Assembly (NCBI GenBank): GCA_041695225.1
Contig: JBGFRI010000049.1
Coordinates: 1-23,060 of the forward strand
Direction: 5' to 3'
Length of the DNA stretch: 23,060 nt
Source of the DNA: Deinococcota bacterium
GTDB taxonomy: Bacteria; Deinococcota; Deinococci; Deinococcales; Thermaceae
Every line of letters begins with the position of its first letter. Position 1 is the stretch's first letter. The position numbers and the translations under genes were made by a program. The notes under the pieces are model-generated. The model made no database searches. It was given only the letters and a program-made list of their open reading frames with translations, and was not told the origin of the DNA. Positions 18,232 to 23,060 of this stretch are shown one piece after another.

Positions 18232-18896
18232 GCTATTTCCCATTGGGGCGCCCCGCCCGAATTGCGGTCATGGCCTCGGGCCGGGGGAGCAATCTGGAAG
18301 CCTTGCTGGAGAGTTTTCCGCACGACAACCCGCTGGGGCATATTGCCCTGGTTATCTCCGACAAGCGTGAGGCCCCGGCCCTGGAAAAAGCGGTGCGGGC
18401 CGGAGTAGAAGCCAGATACCTGCCCTGGCCCACTGGTGTACAGGCCCTGCCTGTCCCGGTAGGGGATGGTCCACGCGGCAGCGGCAACACCGGGCGGGCG
18501 CAGTTCGAGCAGGCCGCCAACCAGCTACTTCTAAACCGCGGTATTGACCTTATTCTGCTGGCGGGTTTTATGCGCCTGCTATCGGCAGATTTTGTACAGG
18601 CCTGGCAGGGGCGAATTCTCAACATACACCCCTCGCTGCTGCCGCAGTTTCCGGGTCTGCGGGCCCAGCGCCAGGCCATACAAGCCGGGGTAAGCGAGTC
18701 GGGCTGCACGGTACACTTTGTAGACGCAGGAATGGACACCGGCCCGGTAGTTTTACAGCGGCGGGTGCCTGTTTTGCCAGATGATACCGAGGAAACCCTG
18801 GCCGCCCGCATCCTAAAGCAAGAACACCTGGCCTATCCAGAGGCAGTGCGAAGGGTGTTGATGGATATGGAGAAAATAGATCGCGTGCAGGTCTAA
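18228..18896 (+). CDS. purN: Phosphoribosylglycinamide formyltransferase
   Basis: VMASGRGSNLEAL, LAGFMRLL, LNIHPSLLP.FPG, SGCTVHFVDAGMDTGP, QEH..YP. Confidence 0.96.
   Translation: MSYFPLGRPARIAVMASGRGSNLEALLESFPHDNPLGHIALVISDKREAPALEKAVRAGVEARYLPWPTGVQALPVPVGDGPRGSGNTGRAQFEQAANQLLLNRGIDLILLAGFMRLLSADFVQAWQGRILNIHPSLLPQFPGLRAQRQAIQAGVSESGCTVHFVDAGMDTGPVVLQRRVPVLPDDTEETLAARILKQEHLAYPEAVRRVLMDMEKIDRVQV
18433..18472 (-). repeat. Inverted copy of the same element inside purN
   Basis: Reverse complement GGACCATCCCCTACCGGGACAGGCAGGGCCTGTACACCAG; 36/40 identical by manual alignment to a composite of the two tandem copies. Confidence 0.9.
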
Positions 18897-18992
18897 GCTC
18901 GGCCGAGCCTCAGCTTCCAGACCTTTTTTGGCAATTCGCGCAAGACGCCAGCCTCTATTCGGGCATCTTTGCGGCCTGTTATTCTTAGCCCT

Positions 18993-20234
18993 GTGAAAGT
19001 ACTGGTGGTAGGTTCGGGTGGACGGGAACACGCTATCTGCTGGAAGGCTGCACAGTCGCCGCTAACCACGCGGCTGTACGCCGCACCGGGCAACCCCGGT
19101 ATGGCCGAGATTGCCGAATGTATTCCCTGGGACGGCAGTGTGTTGCAGCTAGCCGACTGGGCCAAAAGCGAGGGAATCGAGCTTACCCTGGTCGGGCCAG
19201 AGGCCCCGTTGGTAGAGGGTATTGCCGATGCTTTTAAGGCCAGAGGGCTGAAAATTTTTGGGCCGGTGCAAAGAGCCGCCATGATTGAGGGTTCCAAAGC
19301 GTTTGCCAAAGGGCTGATGCAGCGCTTTGGTATTCCCACCGCCAGGCACCGCAGCTTTAGCGATGTGCTGGATGCGCTTTCCTATCTGGAGGCCAGCGGG
19401 GCGCCAATCGTGGTAAAAGACTCCGGACTGGCGGCGGGCAAAGGGGTTACGGTGGCCACCACCTTGCAGCAAGCCAAGCAGGCCGCCGCAAACATTCTTT
19501 CTGGGCCAGAACAGGCCGAGATTGTGATTGAAGAGTTTTTGAGCGGCCCGGAAGTAACGGTTCTGGCTGTTACCGATGGCCAGACCGTGCGGCCCCTGCT
19601 GCCCTCACAAGACCATAAGCGTCTGCTGGATGGCGATACCGGCCCCATGACCGGCGGAATGGGTGCGGTCTGCCCCTATCCGCTGGCCCCAGGGGTGCTA
19701 AGCGAAATTGTGGAGCGGGTGCTTTATCCGCTGGTGGAGGGACTGCGGGCCGAGGGCATAGTCTATCAAGGAGTGATCTACGCGGGCCTGATGCTAACCG
19801 ACGAAGGCCCCAAGGTGCTGGAGTTCAACGCCCGCTTTGGCGACCCCGAGTGCCAGGCCATTCTGCCTCTGCTCCAGACCGATCTGATCGAGCTGGCCCT
19901 GGCTGTGGTGGAAGGACGCCTGCACCAGCTGGAAATCAGATGGCACCCCCAGGCCTCGGCCTGCGTGGTGATGGCCGCCCCAGGTTATCCCGACGACCCC
20001 CACAAGGGACTGCCCCTGTATCTGCCAGCTCAGCCACCCCAGGATGTGCTCTATTTCCAGGCCGGAACTCGCAAGGGGCCCAGTGGACTGGTGACCAGCG
20101 GCGGCCGGGTTTTGAGTGTGGTGGGCCTGGGAAACGATCTGCCGACGGCGCTTGAGCGGACTTACGCAGGGGTAGGGGCAGTTGGGTTTGAACACGCCCT
20201 GTACCGCCGCGATATCGGCCGGAAGATTGTTTGA
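18993..20234 (+). CDS. purD: Phosphoribosylamine--glycine ligase
   Basis: VLVVGSGGREHA, APGNPG, VGPEAPL, EGSKAFAK, GLAAGKGV, QDHKRLLDGDTGPMTGGMGA, EFNARFGDPE, GGRVL, YRRDIG; GTG 18993 preceded by TATTCT at 7 nt. Confidence 0.96.
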   Translation: MKVLVVGSGGREHAICWKAAQSPLTTRLYAAPGNPGMAEIAECIPWDGSVLQLADWAKSEGIELTLVGPEAPLVEGIADAFKARGLKIFGPVQRAAMIEGSKAFAKGLMQRFGIPTARHRSFSDVLDALSYLEASGAPIVVKDSGLAAGKGVTVATTLQQAKQAAANILSGPEQAEIVIEEFLSGPEVTVLAVTDGQTVRPLLPSQDHKRLLDGDTGPMTGGMGAVCPYPLAPGVLSEIVERVLYPLVEGLRAEGIVYQGVIYAGLMLTDEGPKVLEFNARFGDPECQAILPLLQTDLIELALAVVEGRLHQLEIRWHPQASACVVMAAPGYPDDPHKGLPLYLPAQPPQDVLYFQAGTRKGPSGLVTSGGRVLSVVGLGNDLPTALERTYAGVGAVGFEHALYRRDIGRKIV

Positions 20235-20323
20235 CCGGTCTGCCCATATCCACTGATTCAGAAACCAGGCTGGCAGACCAGGAATTTGAGCCTGCTCGAG
20301 GCGTATCGCAGTCTTGTCTTGTC

Positions 20324-21100
20324 TCATCTACCGAGAATGGTATCCAGCAGCTGCTGATGAATTAGAGCATTGGAGGCTACCAGGTAGCGGTTGCCCAGCC
20401 GGTACTCCTCGCCTTGCAGCCCCGTAACCTTACCTCCGGCCTCGGTTACTATCAGCCAGCCAGCAGCCACATCCCAGGGGTTTAACTTGACCTCCCAGAA
20501 GCCATCCAGACGCCCGGCCGCTACATTGGCCAGGTCCAGGGCGGCTGCTCCAGGGCGGCGCACCGTCAAGCCCCGGGCCAAGGCTCGCTGGAAATAGGTC
20601 AGGTTTTCTGGGTCCTGGTTGACATCGTAAGGAAAGCCGGTGGCTAGCAGGCTACCGGTAAGCTGCTCACGCCGGGAAACCTGTATAGGACGCCCATTCA
20701 TATAGGCCCCAGCGCCTTTAGTAGTGGTAAAGAGATCGCCCCTGGCTGTATCGAGAATGACCCCCAAGACCAGTTCCGTATGGATTTCCAGACCGATACT
20801 GACCGCATAAAATGGAAAACCATGGGCATAGTTCACGGTTCCGTCGAGGGGGTCTACAATCCAGCGGAAGGTGCCTTGCTGACCCTGGCCCTGCTCCTCG
20901 CCCAGCACCACATGATCTGGAAAGCGCGATGCGATCAGTTCGCGGATGGCGGTCTCCGATTCGTGGTCGGCCTGAGTCACCAGATCGGTGGGTGTAGACT
21001 TGCTGCTCTGGGTAAACCCTTTTTCCTGGTAGTACTGGTGGATGCCTTTGGCTAAATAGGCCGCGTCGAGAGCGGTTTGCAGGTAAAAGCGCAGGTCCAT
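20324..21100 (-). CDS. suhB: Inositol monophosphatase family protein
   Basis: DLVTQAD, GEE, WIVDPLDGTVNYAHG, ATGFPY, GAAALDL, WDVAAG; ATG 21100 preceded by TAGAAT at 7 nt and GGAG. Confidence 0.9.
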   Translation of the reverse strand: MDLRFYLQTALDAAYLAKGIHQYYQEKGFTQSSKSTPTDLVTQADHESETAIRELIASRFPDHVVLGEEQGQGQQGTFRWIVDPLDGTVNYAHGFPFYAVSIGLEIHTELVLGVILDTARGDLFTTTKGAGAYMNGRPIQVSRREQLTGSLLATGFPYDVNQDPENLTYFQRALARGLTVRRPGAAALDLANVAAGRLDGFWEVKLNPWDVAAGWLIVTEAGGKVTGLQGEEYRLGNRYLVASNALIHQQLLDTILGR

Positions 21101-21357
21101 ACTCCAGATTCTAGAGCAGACTTCAAAACCACTGGCTGACGCCGACTGTAAAGCCATCCTTGCAGCATAGACCCTCTCGGTGACCGAAAATCCCCGCAAC
21201 AGACTCCCTTCAACAGGCTCAGCGCAGGCAGGGCAGACCCGACATTCTTTAGCCCTGGGGCTATTCGACTATTCGCTATAAGGGACTTTTGCCGTGCTCA
21301 GGTCTGGAAAAACGAGTAATATTTGCTAATCATGTCGCGACAGTCGTGGAGGATAAA

Positions 21358-22797
21358 GTGCAGCTATTGATGAGATCCTGGCTTTTTCAAAGCGCTTTAT
21401 GGTTGGGGCCATACCTTATCTTGATTCTCGTACCGACCGGACTGATGTTGCTAACCACCCCACACCCAGCGCGGGGTTTTTGGATTGAGTTTGGGGTCGG
21501 GCTGGGCTTCGCGGGTTTGGTCGGGCTCTGCCTTCAGTTCGTACTCACAGCTCGGTTCTCCCGCGTGGCCGCCATTTATGGTCAGGACGCCATGCTACAG
21601 TTCCACCGGCAGATGGGCATCGTGGCCGCAGTCTTTATCCTCGTTCACCATACCCTGCTCATGGTGGTTGAGCCAGCCTTTTTGGCCTTTTTAGACCCCA
21701 GGGTCAACCTGCCGCGGGCCCTGGCCCTGACTTTTGTGCTCATCGCACTGGGTTTACTGATCATTCCCTCGCTGTGGCGACAGCGCCTGGGCATATCCTA
21801 CGAATGGTGGCGGCTAGGGCATGGTCTGCTCTCGTTTATGGTGGTAATGATCGGCATCGTACATACCCTTCAGGTTGGGCACTACACCGCAGTGTGGTGG
21901 CAACAGGCCTTCTGGGCTGGTATCGGGGGGCTAACGCTGCTCTTGCTCCTTTACGTTCGGGTCTTCCGCCCGCTGATAATGCTGCGCCACCCTTACCGGG
22001 TGGTGGAGGTTCGCCGCGAACCTGGTAAATGCTGGACCCTGGCTTTAGAGCCCGAAGGACACCCAGGCATGAAGTTTCGTGCCGGGCAGTATGCCTGGCT
22101 TACCCTGGGAAACTCGCCTTTCTCCTTGCAGCAACACCCTTTCTCGTTTGCTTCCAGCGCGCTACTGCCGCACCGGCTCGAGTTCGCCATCAAGGAATTG
22201 GGCGATTTTACCAGCACCATCGGGCAGGTGCCAGTCGGCAGCCGTGCGTACCTCGAGGGCCCGTTTGGCGCATTTGACATTGATCTGAGCCCTTCAGACC
22301 AGACTGTGTTTATAGCTGGGGGAATCGGCATCACCCCGATCATGAGTATGCTACGAACCCTGCGCGACCGCGGCGACCAGCGCCCCCTTGTGCTCATCTA
22401 TGCCGTCAATCGCCTGGGGGAAGCCCTCTTCCGCGAGGAGCTGAAAGACCTTCAGCGACAACTTAATTTGCGCCTGATCTATGTAATCGCCTACCCCGAG
22501 GAGGGCTGGGAGGGTGAGAGGGGCTTTATTACCGAGGAGATGCTGAATCGACATCTGCCATCGTCGGAGCTGGGGAGTTGCGAATATTTTATCTGCGGCC
22601 CTGAGCCCATGATGAATATCGTGGAACGTGCGTTGCTAAACCGAGGAATTCATCTCCACAAAATCCACGCAGAGCGCTTCGACATCGGCGCGGCAGCCGA
22701 GATTGGCCCACGTCAGAAGCGGATTCGCAATCTCGCCATCGGCTTGGGACTGGTCATGGTCGGTGTGGTTGCCATTTTCGCGCTGCTCCGGCACTAA
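21358..22797 (+). CDS. Ferric reductase-like transmembrane domain plus FNR-type FAD/NAD(P)H oxidoreductase
   Basis: About 6 TM helices with heme-ligand His pairs (FHRQMG..LVHH; GH..VH), FRAGQY, QHPFSFAS, EGPFG, IAGGIGITP, FICGPEPM, ERF; GGAGG RBS before GTG 21358. Confidence 0.88.
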   Translation: MQLLMRSWLFQSALWLGPYLILILVPTGLMLLTTPHPARGFWIEFGVGLGFAGLVGLCLQFVLTARFSRVAAIYGQDAMLQFHRQMGIVAAVFILVHHTLLMVVEPAFLAFLDPRVNLPRALALTFVLIALGLLIIPSLWRQRLGISYEWWRLGHGLLSFMVVMIGIVHTLQVGHYTAVWWQQAFWAGIGGLTLLLLLYVRVFRPLIMLRHPYRVVEVRREPGKCWTLALEPEGHPGMKFRAGQYAWLTLGNSPFSLQQHPFSFASSALLPHRLEFAIKELGDFTSTIGQVPVGSRAYLEGPFGAFDIDLSPSDQTVFIAGGIGITPIMSMLRTLRDRGDQRPLVLIYAVNRLGEALFREELKDLQRQLNLRLIYVIAYPEEGWEGERGFITEEMLNRHLPSSELGSCEYFICGPEPMMNIVERALLNRGIHLHKIHAERFDIGAAAEIGPRQKRIRNLAIGLGLVMVGVVAIFALLRH

Positions 22798-23060
22798 CCC
22801 ATACTAAGCTTCAGCTTGCGAGAAGTCTGCTTGTCCGGCTTGCCGGCAGCGACGCCACGACTGGAGTGTGGGCAGTTAATTGCAGGCGCTCCCCTCGACT
22901 GCCCCTTCGATAGACTCAGGGCGAGGCTCGAGGCAGGTTCCTGACCCAACTTTGACACTTTCGGAAACGGGCTGTAAAGCAATCGCGACTGGAAGGGAGT
23001 TAGCCTTGCTGAGAGACGTGTGACTAGTGGCAACATGTAGGATGTAATGCGCTCGATAGA

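Noticed and set aside
22942..22960. TGACCCAACTTTGACAC as a possible IS terminus
   Set aside because: No partner inverted repeat or transposase within the window.
22794..23036. 80-aa minus-strand ORF containing SLALSLSKG
   Set aside because: That peptide is the translation of the repeat at 22903-22927, and there are no other protein features.

Overview
GC-rich bacterial chromosomal segment, most consistent with Deinococcus-Thermus, probably Meiothermus-like (inferred from gene content, protein style and many leaderless-type starts; not verified). Left to right: secreted rhodanese with a CsoR/CstR-like operator; divergent tRNA-Pro(GGG) and tRNA-Ile(GAT); envC-like M23 protein and ftsX; type-2 glycerate kinase; glcDEF; SCO protein; membrane protein; mazG; CoA-type Nudix hydrolase; orphan paaX; a decayed MATE transporter pseudogene absent from the ORF track; class III aminotransferase; folC; hypothetical protein; HAD-IB hydrolase; purN; purD; suhB; ferric reductase-like flavocytochrome. 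Most genes are housekeeping. The most unusual signal is a ~40-42 bp double-hairpin element inserted in-frame in three consecutive genes, in both orientations, adding peptides (ADDPLSGQAKPVH or GVQALPVPVGDGP). There are also 7-bp tandem-repeat arrays in three intergenic regions and apparently inside a signal peptide.
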